Part shown: positions 43,042 through 52,608 of the stretch, one piece after another
How positions within the stretch are numbered: the first letter of the stretch is position 1
How the letters are laid out: the number at the start of each line of letters is the position of its first letter
Source: an uncultured Pseudomonadota bacterium
GTDB lineage: Bacteria; Pseudomonadota; Alphaproteobacteria; JACZXZ01
Assembly (NCBI GenBank): GCA_963749075.1
Contig: CAVVLJ010000016.1
Span: 448,001-512,000 of the forward strand
DNA length: 64,000 bases
Direction: 5' to 3'
Notes under the pieces: model-generated
What the model was told of the DNA's origin: nothing
Database searches by the model: none
The model's input: the letters and a program-made list of their open reading frames with translations, nothing else
Program-made: the position numbers and the translations under genes

Positions 43042-43644
43042 ATGGAACGTCTAAATCAAACGACTCCATGGCTAGATAAAGACATAGTAGTGTCTTTTCT
43101 CATGCCGGTCACGCTCGCCTTGCAATTGGGCACGGGAGGGTATGAGACAAGAGAATATTACCAGCAGCGTTTACTCGATACGGTGCCAACTTATTATGGG
43201 CGTGCGGACTCCGGGCTTCCTGTCTCTGTGTCGAGGAATAATGCAAGCGACGTGCGCCACGTCCTGGACGTTCTTAAGCCTTCCGTTACAGGGCTTGCGA
43301 GATATTTGGGCGTCTCTCGGACGACGATTTACGACTGGAAGCACGGGAAGCAGGTCGGCGCGGACAATGCTGCGAAGTTGGCGAGCTTTTCGCGAGCGGC
43401 GGATGTCATCGCCGACGCGAATTTGCAGATGTCGCCCCTAGTTCGGGGAAGGAAACTCCCAGGCGGGATGACATTGTTCGAATCCATCGCGAGCGGCGCC
43501 GATGCCGAACAGGCCGCACTAGCGCTCGTCACAATGCTGCGCGAGGAGGCTGCTCGGCGAGATAGGCTCACAGCCCGGTTTTTGGGTCGCATCAAGCCCG
43601 ACACGGAGGGCACACACGATGCTCCTACCGTGTTCAATGAGTGA
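43042..43644 (+). CDS. HTH DNA-binding/antitoxin-like protein
   Basis: LKPSVTGLARYLGVSRTTIYDWKHG HTH. Confidence 0.7.
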   Translation: MERLNQTTPWLDKDIVVSFLMPVTLALQLGTGGYETREYYQQRLLDTVPTYYGRADSGLPVSVSRNNASDVRHVLDVLKPSVTGLARYLGVSRTTIYDWKHGKQVGADNAAKLASFSRAADVIADANLQMSPLVRGRKLPGGMTLFESIASGADAEQAALALVTMLREEAARRDRLTARFLGRIKPDTEGTHDAPTVFNE

Positions 43645-44493
43645 GTGCGATTTGTGGCCGGGCGTCACCCAAGAATCAGTTGGCGCCAGGGTCACGTTCT
43701 AACGGCCGATACCGCCGAGAAACTCGGACTAGCCCATCCAGCGAACCCCACAGAAACTACAGTTGTGGTCGTTTCTCACGACTGCGATCTCGTGCAGAGC
43801 GAAACGAGCGAACCGCTAGTGGAAGTCATTATTGGCCGCGAAATCAACGAAGACGAAGTCAATGGCAATTTCCTCAACGCAAAGGGATCGCGCACGCTTC
43901 ATCTTCCGTTTACCGCTGGGTCTAGTAGGCTTATTCTCGAGTTGTCCGCGACACAGAAACGCCAGATTGATAAGGCCGCGCTGATCCCCCATAACCCATC
44001 GCCGATCGCGCAACTGTCGCTAAGCGGGCGAAGAATTCTGCAGCGATGGCTAGCGGCGCGATACCTACGCGCCGCGTTTCCAGATGAATTTGTGGCTCGC
44101 TTCGGCAATTCAGGTGCTGACGAGCGGCTTAAAAAGATAGTGAAGAAGGCACAATCGCATCTCGTGGCAATCTATTTTGACCTCGATCGAGGGGAAGAAA
44201 AAGAGCGCGCAGGCGACGACGATCTTTATGAATTATCGATTTTCCTGGTACATCCAGTTGACCCCGATCCTGCGATCTCTCGGGAAGCTGCGCACGAGGC
44301 GAAGGTTCTTATCGAGCAAATGTTTGAGACATGTTGTAAGCACGATGGCCAGTGGCGGGGCATCCAGTTGGAAGGGTGCTACGTCCAGTCGGCTGCGGAA
44401 GTGACTTTGCACACAGTCGATTTTTTAAAGAAATGGAATACCGATTATCTAAGTTTCCGCGCCGATCCAGAAGGCCCGATGGTCGCCGTCTAG
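43645..44493 (+). CDS. Hypothetical protein, third gene of the low-GC cassette
   Basis: WRQG, VVSHDCD, EPLVE, WLAARYLRAAFPD motifs; coupled to previous gene. Confidence 0.7.
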   Translation: MRFVAGRHPRISWRQGHVLTADTAEKLGLAHPANPTETTVVVVSHDCDLVQSETSEPLVEVIIGREINEDEVNGNFLNAKGSRTLHLPFTAGSSRLILELSATQKRQIDKAALIPHNPSPIAQLSLSGRRILQRWLAARYLRAAFPDEFVARFGNSGADERLKKIVKKAQSHLVAIYFDLDRGEEKERAGDDDLYELSIFLVHPVDPDPAISREAAHEAKVLIEQMFETCCKHDGQWRGIQLEGCYVQSAAEVTLHTVDFLKKWNTDYLSFRADPEGPMVAV

Positions 44494-44626
44494 AATTTAC
44501 GGCTTGACCATCGATTATGTGCGGCCTTTTTTGCAATCACTTTTCTGCTCAGGAGACCGTGCGTCGGCTCGCCCCCCGCCGCGAGCCCGCCTTCCATCGT
44601 CGCCCGTCAAGTGAGAGGTGCCAGCC

Positions 44627-45058
44627 ATGCCGTTCAACAATTTCAGCGTCGGCAAGGACGTGACGCTGCAGATCGTCACCCAGCAGGGAGTGCTGCTCTC
44701 CTCGCTCCTCACCAGCTTCACCTCGAAGCAGCGCACCAACGACAAGACCGTCAAGGGCCTCGACGGCGTCATGCGCCCGCTCTTCCTGCCCGACGGCTGG
44801 GAGGGCACCTTCGAGTACGAGCGCGGCAGCTCCGACCTCGACGACTTCATCGCCGCGCTCGAGGCCAACTACTACGCGGGCGAGGCCATCACCGGCGCCA
44901 CCATCCTCGAGACGATCAGCGAGACCAACGGCCTGACCAGCCAGTACCGCTACGAGGGCGTGGTCTTCAAGCTCTCCGACGCCGGCGAATGGAAGGGCGA
45001 TTCGAGCGTCAAGATGCGCCTCGAGTTCTCGGCGAGCACGCGCAGCAAGGTGGTATGA
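44627..45058 (+). CDS. Tail tube protein
   Basis: 143 aa, FSVGKDVTL, PDGWEGTF, ETI.E..G....YRY, W.GD..V; first phage gene after sheath once the inserts are removed. Confidence 0.8.
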   Translation: MPFNNFSVGKDVTLQIVTQQGVLLSSLLTSFTSKQRTNDKTVKGLDGVMRPLFLPDGWEGTFEYERGSSDLDDFIAALEANYYAGEAITGATILETISETNGLTSQYRYEGVVFKLSDAGEWKGDSSVKMRLEFSASTRSKVV

Positions 45059-45071
45059 GCAGGCGCCCGCC

Positions 45072-46004
45072 ATGGCGCTGGTTCCCGATACCACGCTCAC
45101 GCTCGGCGACGTGAGCTTCGCCTCCTACGAGGTGCCGGAGCGCATCTCGTTCGGCGGCGCGCAGCGCCTCGCCGTGCACAAGGTCATCGGCGGCGCGCGC
45201 GTCGTCGACGCGCTCGGCCCGGACGATGCGGAGATCTGCTGGTCCGGCCGCTTCCAGAGCCCGAATGCCGGCCCGCGCGCGCGCCACCTCGACTATCTGC
45301 GCCGCCAGGGCACGGCGCTCACCCTAAGCTGGGACCAGTTCAGCTACAGCGTGGTGATCAGCCGCTTCGCGGCGGAGTTCGAGCGCTACTACCAGATTCC
45401 CTACCGCATCGCCTGCCTTGTCGTCGAGGACGACACCCAGCCGGTGACGACGAGCCCGTCGACGCCGGTCGACGAGCTGGTGGCGGAGGACGCGGCCGAG
45501 CTCGCGAGCCTCGCCTCCTCGAGCGGCAATAGCGGGATTGCCGGCAGCACCGGGCAGCTCCAGGCGCTCCTCGCCTCGTCGGCACCTCTCGCCGCGGCCT
45601 CGGCAGGGACGCTCGCCGCACTCGAGAGCCTGCTCGCCGAGCTCGCGGCGCTGATCGCGGCGGCCATTGCCGCGGCGGCCCCCGCCTTCGACGGCGGCGC
45701 CTCAGCGGGCTCGGGGGCGGCGGCGCTGCTCGGCCAGTCGAGTGCCGCCGCGGCACTCGCAATCCTCCTCGAGATGCAGGCGCTCGCCGGCCGCATTGCC
45801 TGCAACCTGCGCCGGGCCTCACCCGCCGCGTCCGGCCGCACCATCACTGTCGCCGGCGGCAATCTCTTCAGCATCGCCGCGGCACTCCTCGGCGACGCCA
45901 CCCAGTGGAGCCGCATCGCGGCCCTGAACGGCCTCACGGACCCGGTGCTCGCCGGCATCACGCAACTGCGCCTGCCGCCCATCGATACGAGCGCGGGCGG
46001 CTAG
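45072..46004 (+). CDS. Tail protein with C-terminal LysM-like domain (tube initiator/gpU-gpX-like)
   Basis: EVPERISFGG.QRLAVH, GGNLFSIAA..LGDATQWSRIAALNGL.DP. Confidence 0.75.
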   Translation: MALVPDTTLTLGDVSFASYEVPERISFGGAQRLAVHKVIGGARVVDALGPDDAEICWSGRFQSPNAGPRARHLDYLRRQGTALTLSWDQFSYSVVISRFAAEFERYYQIPYRIACLVVEDDTQPVTTSPSTPVDELVAEDAAELASLASSSGNSGIAGSTGQLQALLASSAPLAAASAGTLAALESLLAELAALIAAAIAAAAPAFDGGASAGSGAAALLGQSSAAAALAILLEMQALAGRIACNLRRASPAASGRTITVAGGNLFSIAAALLGDATQWSRIAALNGLTDPVLAGITQLRLPPIDTSAGG

Positions 46005-46040
46005 CATTCGGCGCGCCGGAGAACGATGGAGAGAGACAGC

Positions 46041-46484
46041 ATGCCGGACAACGTCAAGCTCACGCTCCACCCCGAGCGCCCGCGCGCCAACGGCGCCGAG
46101 GGTGCTGCCCACGCCGCGACACCGTCCCAGGAGATCCTGGAGCGCGCCAACCGCATCGTGCGCGTCTCCGACGCGCGCGGGCGCACCCTCGGCGTCAAGC
46201 AGCCGAGCCTCCTCGAGCGCTTGCGCATCTACGAGCTGGCCGGCGCGCAGAACGCCGAGAACAAGGTCTATCTCGGACTCGTGGGCACCGTGCTCGCGAT
46301 CGCCGAGCTCGACGGCGAGCGGCTGCCCTTCCCCGCCACCAAGCGCGAGCTCGAGGCGCGGGTGAGCCTGGTCGGCGACGAGGGGCTGGCGGCGGCCGGC
46401 CGCGCGCTCGCCGAGCATTTCAGCGAGCCCGCCGCCGCCGATGACGAGGAGACGGCAAAAAACGCATCGGGCACCCCGGCTTGA
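46041..46484 (+). CDS. Tail assembly chaperone (gpG-like)
   Basis: Ends with in-frame A AAA AAC slippery heptamer (46457-46463). Confidence 0.75.
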   Translation: MPDNVKLTLHPERPRANGAEGAAHAATPSQEILERANRIVRVSDARGRTLGVKQPSLLERLRIYELAGAQNAENKVYLGLVGTVLAIAELDGERLPFPATKRELEARVSLVGDEGLAAAGRALAEHFSEPAAADDEETAKNASGTPA

Positions 46485-46633
46485 AGCAGGCGCTCTACCT
46501 CGCTTCGAGAGGGGTGCCGTTCGACATCGCCTTCTCGCTGCCGGACCGCGAGCGGACCGGCTGGTGCCGCATGCTTGCCGAGCTCGAGCGGCCGGGCCTC
46601 GTGCGAATCGTCGACGGCCGCCGGCGCAGGTGA
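46457..46633 (+). CDS. -1 frameshift extension (gpGT-like)
   Basis: The -1 frame is open from the slippery site: KRIGHPGLKQALYLASRGVPFDIAFSL...ELE. Confidence 0.7.
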   Translation, partial: KKRIGHPGLKQALYLASRGVPFDIAFSLPDRERTGWCRMLAELERPGLVRIVDGRRRR

Positions 46634-46680
46634 AGACGCCCGCGATAATTATATATGTGTGCCGGCCGCAGAATTCGGAC

Positions 46681-46708
46681 TTGATTTGTTCCTGTCTTGC
46701 GCTATAAT
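46681..46708 (+). promoter_or_regulatory. Sigma70-like internal promoter for cassette A2
   Basis: TTGATT-16-TATAAT. Confidence 0.55.
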
Positions 46709-46996
46709 GGGTGTAACGACCGTAGGATTTTCAATCTTAGGTCACTGCCCCTTGACGCCGGCCGCCGCCGACGGGCGCAGGAGCGGAAGCTGTCGTGAGG
46801 GGCTCGGCCATCGGACTGTCGGCGGCGTGGGCAGCGTCGGCGACCGGCCGGCCGGCCGCGCGGGAGTCGCTGCCGCTGCTTGCGGGTTGGGCGCAGCGCC
46901 CGTCTCCACAAGCGCGCGGCATCTCGCGACGGCCGGCCGGCCGTCTTTACCGGCGGTGTGGCGCCGTTTGGCGCCCTTGACGCCAGGAGAGCGAGC

Positions 46997-47743
46997 TTGA
47001 GACTGCCGTGGCGCAAGCGGGGGGCGGCGGCGGGCAATGCCGCAGGCCGCGCGCGCAAGCGCCCGCGCGTCATTGCGCGCGTGCTCGCCGGCTCAGCCCT
47101 CCTCCTCATCGCGGCCGTCTTCGGCCACGGCCTTGTGGTGAGCCTCTCGGGACCGAAGGAGGGCGCGCCCGGCCGCGACGGGGCGCCCACCGGCTACACC
47201 TACGATCTTACGCCGCTGATCCTCGAGATCGGCCCCCATAGATTCGTCGTCCCGCGCGGCTACCTCTACGCTTATGACGTAGGCAAGACGCGGCAGAGAT
47301 CGATCGGCATCCAGGTCATGCTGCCCGACTTCGAGCCGATCTCTCCGAGCAACAGCGCCTGCTTCGCCGACCAAGGAACGTGCAACGACATTTTCTGGCT
47401 GGGCCTGAGCCCGGGGCGCGGCGTGCCTGCCGAGCAACAATTGGCCAACGTGCTGCGCGGTGCCGAGGATAATGTTCGGCCTGCCTACGGGTTCGCTCAG
47501 CATTTGAACACGACCTTTGGCAGGCGTGCGGAGATATACACCTCAGGCGAGGGGCACGAGCTCCTGTTCCTCGATTGCGACACGCCCGATGAGCTGCTGC
47601 CTAGCTGCAGCCAAGAGCGCCCGCTCGGGGACGGCCTCGTGCTGTGGTACTATTTTCGCCGCGTCCATCTCGCCGAATGGCCCGACATCGAGCGCAAGGC
47701 GATGGCCTTGATCGCGCGTTTCGAGGGCGGGGACAGCCCTTGA
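46997..47743 (+). CDS. Single-pass membrane protein, putative immunity A2-i (TTG start)
   Basis: TM; C-terminal FRRVHLAEWPDIERKAMALIARF, similar to the A1 proteins. Confidence 0.7.
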   Translation: MRLPWRKRGAAAGNAAGRARKRPRVIARVLAGSALLLIAAVFGHGLVVSLSGPKEGAPGRDGAPTGYTYDLTPLILEIGPHRFVVPRGYLYAYDVGKTRQRSIGIQVMLPDFEPISPSNSACFADQGTCNDIFWLGLSPGRGVPAEQQLANVLRGAEDNVRPAYGFAQHLNTTFGRRAEIYTSGEGHELLFLDCDTPDELLPSCSQERPLGDGLVLWYYFRRVHLAEWPDIERKAMALIARFEGGDSP

Positions 47744-48423
47744 AGCAGCCGTGGCCGAAGCGCCCGGGCGGCTGCATAAGACTCCTTGCCGCCTGCGTCC
47801 TCGCGCTCGTCGCGGTCATCTTCGGCCACGGCCTCTTGGGGAACCTCTCGGGACCGAAGGAGGGCGAGCTTGGCCGCGACGGCGCGCCCACCGGCTACAC
47901 CTACGATCTCGGGCCGGTCGCGGTAACGCTCGGCCCCTACGCGCTCCGCATTCCGCACGCCTACATTATCTGGAAGTCCGATCGTGGGCTTGTCGTGCTC
48001 GACGCTATCCTCCCCGACCTCGAGCCGATCCGGCCGGCCACCAGCGGCTGCTTTGCCAGGCCATGGGAATGCCATCGCGTCGTGGGGATCGCGCTTGGAG
48101 AGGAGAAGTTGCTCCCCGCCGACGAGCAGCTCGCGAATATCACCCGCGGCCTTGAGGACAAGACCCGGCCGGTCTTCGGGTTCATCCAGCATATCAATAC
48201 GACCATACGAGCGATGGCGGAGACCTACAGCATGGGCCAGGGACGCGACATGCGCCTTCTCTCTAGCGATCCGCCGGACAAGGCCGATGCCGGTTGCGAC
48301 GAGGATCGGGAAATCAGGGAAGGGTTGGTCATGACTTTCCGGTTCGATCGAGAGCGCCTTGCCGAATGGCCGGAGATCGAGCGCAAGGTGATGGGTCTGG
48401 TTGCGACCTTCATGCGCGAGTAG
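47740..48423 (+). CDS. Putative immunity A2-ii (TTG start)
   Basis: Paralogue of 46997 (LSGPKEG..GRDGAPTGYTYDL; RLAEWPEIERKV). Confidence 0.7.
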   Translation: MKQPWPKRPGGCIRLLAACVLALVAVIFGHGLLGNLSGPKEGELGRDGAPTGYTYDLGPVAVTLGPYALRIPHAYIIWKSDRGLVVLDAILPDLEPIRPATSGCFARPWECHRVVGIALGEEKLLPADEQLANITRGLEDKTRPVFGFIQHINTTIRAMAETYSMGQGRDMRLLSSDPPDKADAGCDEDREIREGLVMTFRFDRERLAEWPEIERKVMGLVATFMRE

Positions 48424-48496
48424 CCGGCCTGCGCGCGGCCCACGCCGGCTGATCGACGACCGCGAACCGACGCCCGGGCTCCTGAGGCATCATCCC

Positions 48497-49990
48497 ATGG
48501 ACAAGGAATTGCGGCTGCATCCCGAGGCGCTCGCCGCGGCGAGAGCCTATTGGCGGGCCAAGGATTATGCCGCGATGTACCGCGTGATCGCCCGGGATTT
48601 GCGCAGCCTCGGCGCGGATCACGATACCCAGGTCTGGTACGACCTGGCGGCCGGGATCAACGATCCGAAGTCGGAAAGCTTCCGCGGCGCCTTGGGGCGC
48701 TACTACGTGATGGAGAAGCTCTTCCAAGAGACCGGGCGGCTGATCGCGCCGTTCGGGGACGACTTCAACCGGGTGTCCGACGAGATCGCCTGGAAGGTTG
48801 GAAAATATGCCTACGAGCATGACGGCCTCGTTAGGACTTGGCCGGAAATCATGCAGAGGGATGCGCTGGCCGCAACGGAAGGTTTCCACAGCAGCCCAGA
48901 GGTCTGGCCCGGCTTCGCGGACGCCGAGCTCCTCGACTGGTGGCCGAAGTCGCTGTTCCCAAGGAGCTTCGACGACCATAGCTTTGCTGCCGACCTGCCG
49001 CCGGCCACGGCGACGGAGGTCGGACGCGCGGGCCTGAATGCCTTTTTCGACGAGGTCGAGGCGCCCGCTTGGGGTCCGCTCCGCTTCTACATCGAGGTGG
49101 GGCGCCTTGCCGCCCAGGGCCTCTACTCGACATGGCGCGGCGATTTCCGCGGCCACGACGGCGATTGGCTCGGCACCGGCAAACTCTATTGGCAGGAGCT
49201 CGGCAAGGAGCTCGAGCGTCCGTGGCATTGGGGCGACGACGTGCCGCCCGCGCCAGGTCCGCTCGGCGGGGACCTCCTCTTGCACGGCGCCGGCTCGCGC
49301 CTTTCGCTCATGGCAGCGCCGGACTCCCATTCCGGGCCGGCGCCGTCCGTCGCCGCCTCCTTCGCCGCCGATCGCGCGCGCACCGCCCTGGCGCTCCCCG
49401 GTTCCTTCGAGCCGGATTTAGCGATGCGCGGCTCTTGGATATGGCCGGACGCAGCGGCGCCGGCGACCCCGCCCGCGCCCCCGTTCGCCGCGGACGCCTC
49501 GCCTCTCCTCGCGTTGCCCTATCTGCCGGAGATGCGCGACGGGCTCGAGCTTCGGCATCTCGCGCTGCCTCCCGCCTGGGGCTCCGGGCATCTCTTCCCG
49601 GAGCTGTCGTTTCTTCCCGCGCGCGCCGCCGCCGACGGCTTCGATCCCGAGCCTGGCGACGTGCCGCACTGGCCGGCGGCCGACGAGTTCGTGCCTGACG
49701 GCGAGGCGAGCTTGCACGGTGACGGACCGCCGCCCCAGGGAGAGACCGGCGAGGACGGAAGGCGCCTCGAGCGCGTCGAGGGCGGCATCGGGCGGATCGA
49801 GCAGTCGCTGGCCGAGGTGGTCGCCAAGCTCGAGGCGAGCTACGCGCGGCGCGAGCGGCTCGGCCGCCGCGAGATCATTCGCGTGGTCTCCGAGTGGCTG
49901 GAGTACCAAGCCAACAAGCCGCGCAACATGTCGTGGCGCTACGACTTCCGCCGCACCTACACACCGCCGGGCCCCGTGCCCGCCATGTGA
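48497..49990 (+). CDS. Putative effector A2 at the tape-measure position
   Basis: Unique N-domain, Pro/Ala linker, coiled coil, tag QANKPRNMSWRYDFRRTYTPPGPVPAM shared with 29987. Confidence 0.7.
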   Translation: MDKELRLHPEALAAARAYWRAKDYAAMYRVIARDLRSLGADHDTQVWYDLAAGINDPKSESFRGALGRYYVMEKLFQETGRLIAPFGDDFNRVSDEIAWKVGKYAYEHDGLVRTWPEIMQRDALAATEGFHSSPEVWPGFADAELLDWWPKSLFPRSFDDHSFAADLPPATATEVGRAGLNAFFDEVEAPAWGPLRFYIEVGRLAAQGLYSTWRGDFRGHDGDWLGTGKLYWQELGKELERPWHWGDDVPPAPGPLGGDLLLHGAGSRLSLMAAPDSHSGPAPSVAASFAADRARTALALPGSFEPDLAMRGSWIWPDAAAPATPPAPPFAADASPLLALPYLPEMRDGLELRHLALPPAWGSGHLFPELSFLPARAAADGFDPEPGDVPHWPAADEFVPDGEASLHGDGPPPQGETGEDGRRLERVEGGIGRIEQSLAEVVAKLEASYARRERLGRREIIRVVSEWLEYQANKPRNMSWRYDFRRTYTPPGPVPAM

Positions 49991-50076
49991 GCCCCGCTGC
50001 CGCGCGCGACGCGGCACCGCGCAAGGCGTATATATGCCGTGAGGGATATGCAACCGCGCATGGGAAGGGAGTTGCG

Positions 50077-50838
50077 ATGCGGCCCTACGACGGGGCAGAG
50101 CGCACGAGACGGGAGGGGTTAGGGTTTCGGCGCGGCCTCGCCGCCGCCGCGCTGCTGACGGTCCTCGCCCTAGCAGCGCCGGCTGCCGCGCGCTACGGCG
50201 ATTTCGACTTCTGGGGCCGCACTTGGCCGCTGCCGATCTATGTGCCGGTGTGGAGCGCCGACGCGGCGGTCTGCCAGCGCATCGTGAAGGCGCTCAATGG
50301 TGCCCGGCGGCCGTCGCTGTCGCTATATAGCAATAAGATATTCCTCCGCTGGCATGACCATCCGGCATACCCTCGCAAGAACGGCACTGAGTGGAAGCTG
50401 GGGGAAGACTACGGCCGTTGGATGGAGGTGCCGCTCTTCAACGACGGTAGGCCGGTCATCGCGCTCAAGGTCATCTCTCCAGGCGCGCATTTCGTGCAGG
50501 AGGTCTTCTATGTCTTTGACGATCTCGCCTACTACCGCTCCCAGGACTGGCTGAAGGGCAAGCTGTGGGAAGACCCAAGTGTTCTGCAGCCGATCGAGCC
50601 GTTCCTGGGCAAGCAATTCTACACGCTGATGCCGCTGCCGAGGACAATCAAGGATTACCATTACTGGAGTCTCGATTGGATTGGCAGTGACGAGGAGACG
50701 AATATCGCAGATTTTAATGGCCGATTATACGAAGTCATCAGGAGGCCATCTGATGAGGCCATTCTTATTCTATATTTTTCCGAGGAACGCAGAGGACATG
50801 CGGTTTGTCTCATCGGGCCGAAGAAACTGGTTCGATGA
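50077..50838 (+). CDS. Exported protein, putative lysozyme-effector immunity B1
   Basis: Signal peptide (AAA-RYGDFDFWGR); paralogue of 53797 and 56337. Confidence 0.7.
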   Translation: MRPYDGAERTRREGLGFRRGLAAAALLTVLALAAPAAARYGDFDFWGRTWPLPIYVPVWSADAAVCQRIVKALNGARRPSLSLYSNKIFLRWHDHPAYPRKNGTEWKLGEDYGRWMEVPLFNDGRPVIALKVISPGAHFVQEVFYVFDDLAYYRSQDWLKGKLWEDPSVLQPIEPFLGKQFYTLMPLPRTIKDYHYWSLDWIGSDEETNIADFNGRLYEVIRRPSDEAILILYFSEERRGHAVCLIGPKKLVR

Positions 50839-50880
50839 GGCCTACCAGGCTCTCGATTTACGCGAGAAGAGGACTGCGTC

Positions 50881-52533
50881 ATGGCTGACCTGCCGCCCAC
50901 CGGCAATTACGACAAGGCCGCTCGGTACAAGAGTTTCCGCAACGAGCTCATAGGGCAGGCCGAGAACCCAAATCTCGCAAGGGGACTGATCAGCAGCCCA
51001 CCGTAGTCGACGGCCATCTGACGCTTGGCTTCGGTTACGACCTCGCGACGCGCCGCTCGAATCCCGAGGGGATCCTCGCCGACCTGGCGTTGGCCGGCAT
51101 TGCGCTCACGGTCCAACAGACCGCGGCGATCCTCTACTATGGCGGCAAACCGAATTCGGTCATCCGGGGCTATCTCGACGATCTCGCCGCGTTCGGAACG
51201 ACGGTCACCGACGACGACCGCAAGTTCGTCGAGAATTTGACTGCGCAGGATCGGACAGATGAGGGCCTCGGTCACCTCCTGTCCGACCTCCTGATCACGA
51301 AGCCGCAGGGCACGGCGCTGCTCGAGATCGCCGTCTCGGAGAAGGAGAAGCGGCTCGACAGGATCATCGAGGAGCGTGCGAAGAAGCTCAGGAAGAAGGA
51401 TAAGGGCCCTGAGGCGGAGCGGCTCGAGCAGTTGACGCAGCTCACCGACCGGCGCGCGGTGCTGGTCGATATGCTCTACGAGACGGCGAGCCTCCTCGGT
51501 CCCAGGCTCCTCCACGCGCTCGGTATGGGCGATGCGGCCGCGGCGGCGGTCGAGATCGCCTTCTTCAGCAACAAGGACCCGGTCGACAACAGCGGCGACG
51601 ACCCGCGCGACCGCACGCGCGCCGAGAAGTTCCTCGGCGGCGCGCTCGAGCCGCGCACGGAGGAGGAGGCGCGGGCGTTCCTCCGCGCGCTCGCGGAGCG
51701 CTCCGGCGATCTGGCCGAGGCCCTGGCGAAACGACGATTTGCCAATGAGGGCGTTGAGGGGGATTACCGCGCTGCCGTCGGCAAGCTCGCCAACGTGGCG
51801 CTGCGCCGGCTCGGCGTGGCGGCGACGATCGCTTTGAGCGACCGCGGCCGCCTCGCGGTGCAACAGGCGGTGCCGCTCGACCGCTTCGCCGAGGCCTTCG
51901 GCCTCACGGCGCTCGAGGTGGCGCTCGTCAACCCCGAGCTCTTCCCGACCGCACCCGACCAGTGGGCGCCGACCATGCTGAGCGTGGGCGCCGCCCCGCA
52001 TCTGCCGACCGCGGCGGAGCGGGCGGCGCTCGAGCGGACGCTGCGGGATGCCGGGCCGCTCCTGGCGCCCGAGCGGTACGAGGAGCTGCGCCGGCGCTAT
52101 CTCGACAATCTGCATCCGCCGCCGCGGGGCCAAGCCGAGCTGCCCGGCGGCGGCCCGTCGCTGGCCGTGGTGCCGCGCGCGGCGCCCGGAGCTCGCGCTC
52201 GCGCTCGAGGCGGCGCTGCCGCCGCCGCAGCCGTGGTCCGCGGCCTTTGCGCGCGACGCCGAGCTGATTTGGAGCGCGCCGGTCCAGGCGCTCCTCCCGC
52301 GCGACGTCCGGGACGCCTGGCTTCGCTTTGAGGGCGGGCTCTCCGAGGAGGAGGAGGCAGCACTCCGGGTGCTGCCGGCTCCGCCGCCGCGGGGCTGGGG
52401 TGTTGCCGCCCGCCGGCGCGCGGGACCCCGTCTCGACGTGGCGGCGCTCGACCGCATCATCGCGAAGATTGAGCGGGTGGTGCGCCTCTCCGAGATCCTC
52501 CTCGAGAAGGTCGAGGCGTGGAACCGCGGGTAG
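50881..52533 (+). pseudogene. GH24/lysozyme-like putative effector B1, frameshifts near 50980 and 52180
   Basis: Homologous over its full length to intact 54601-56235 but spread over three frames. Confidence 0.7.
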
Positions 52534-52608
52534 GGCTCCGCCCGGCTTAGGCGAGGCGTCGGCCCTCGGCAATTCTCCCCATTGAGCGCGCGCAAGGTGC
52601 GGGGCGGC

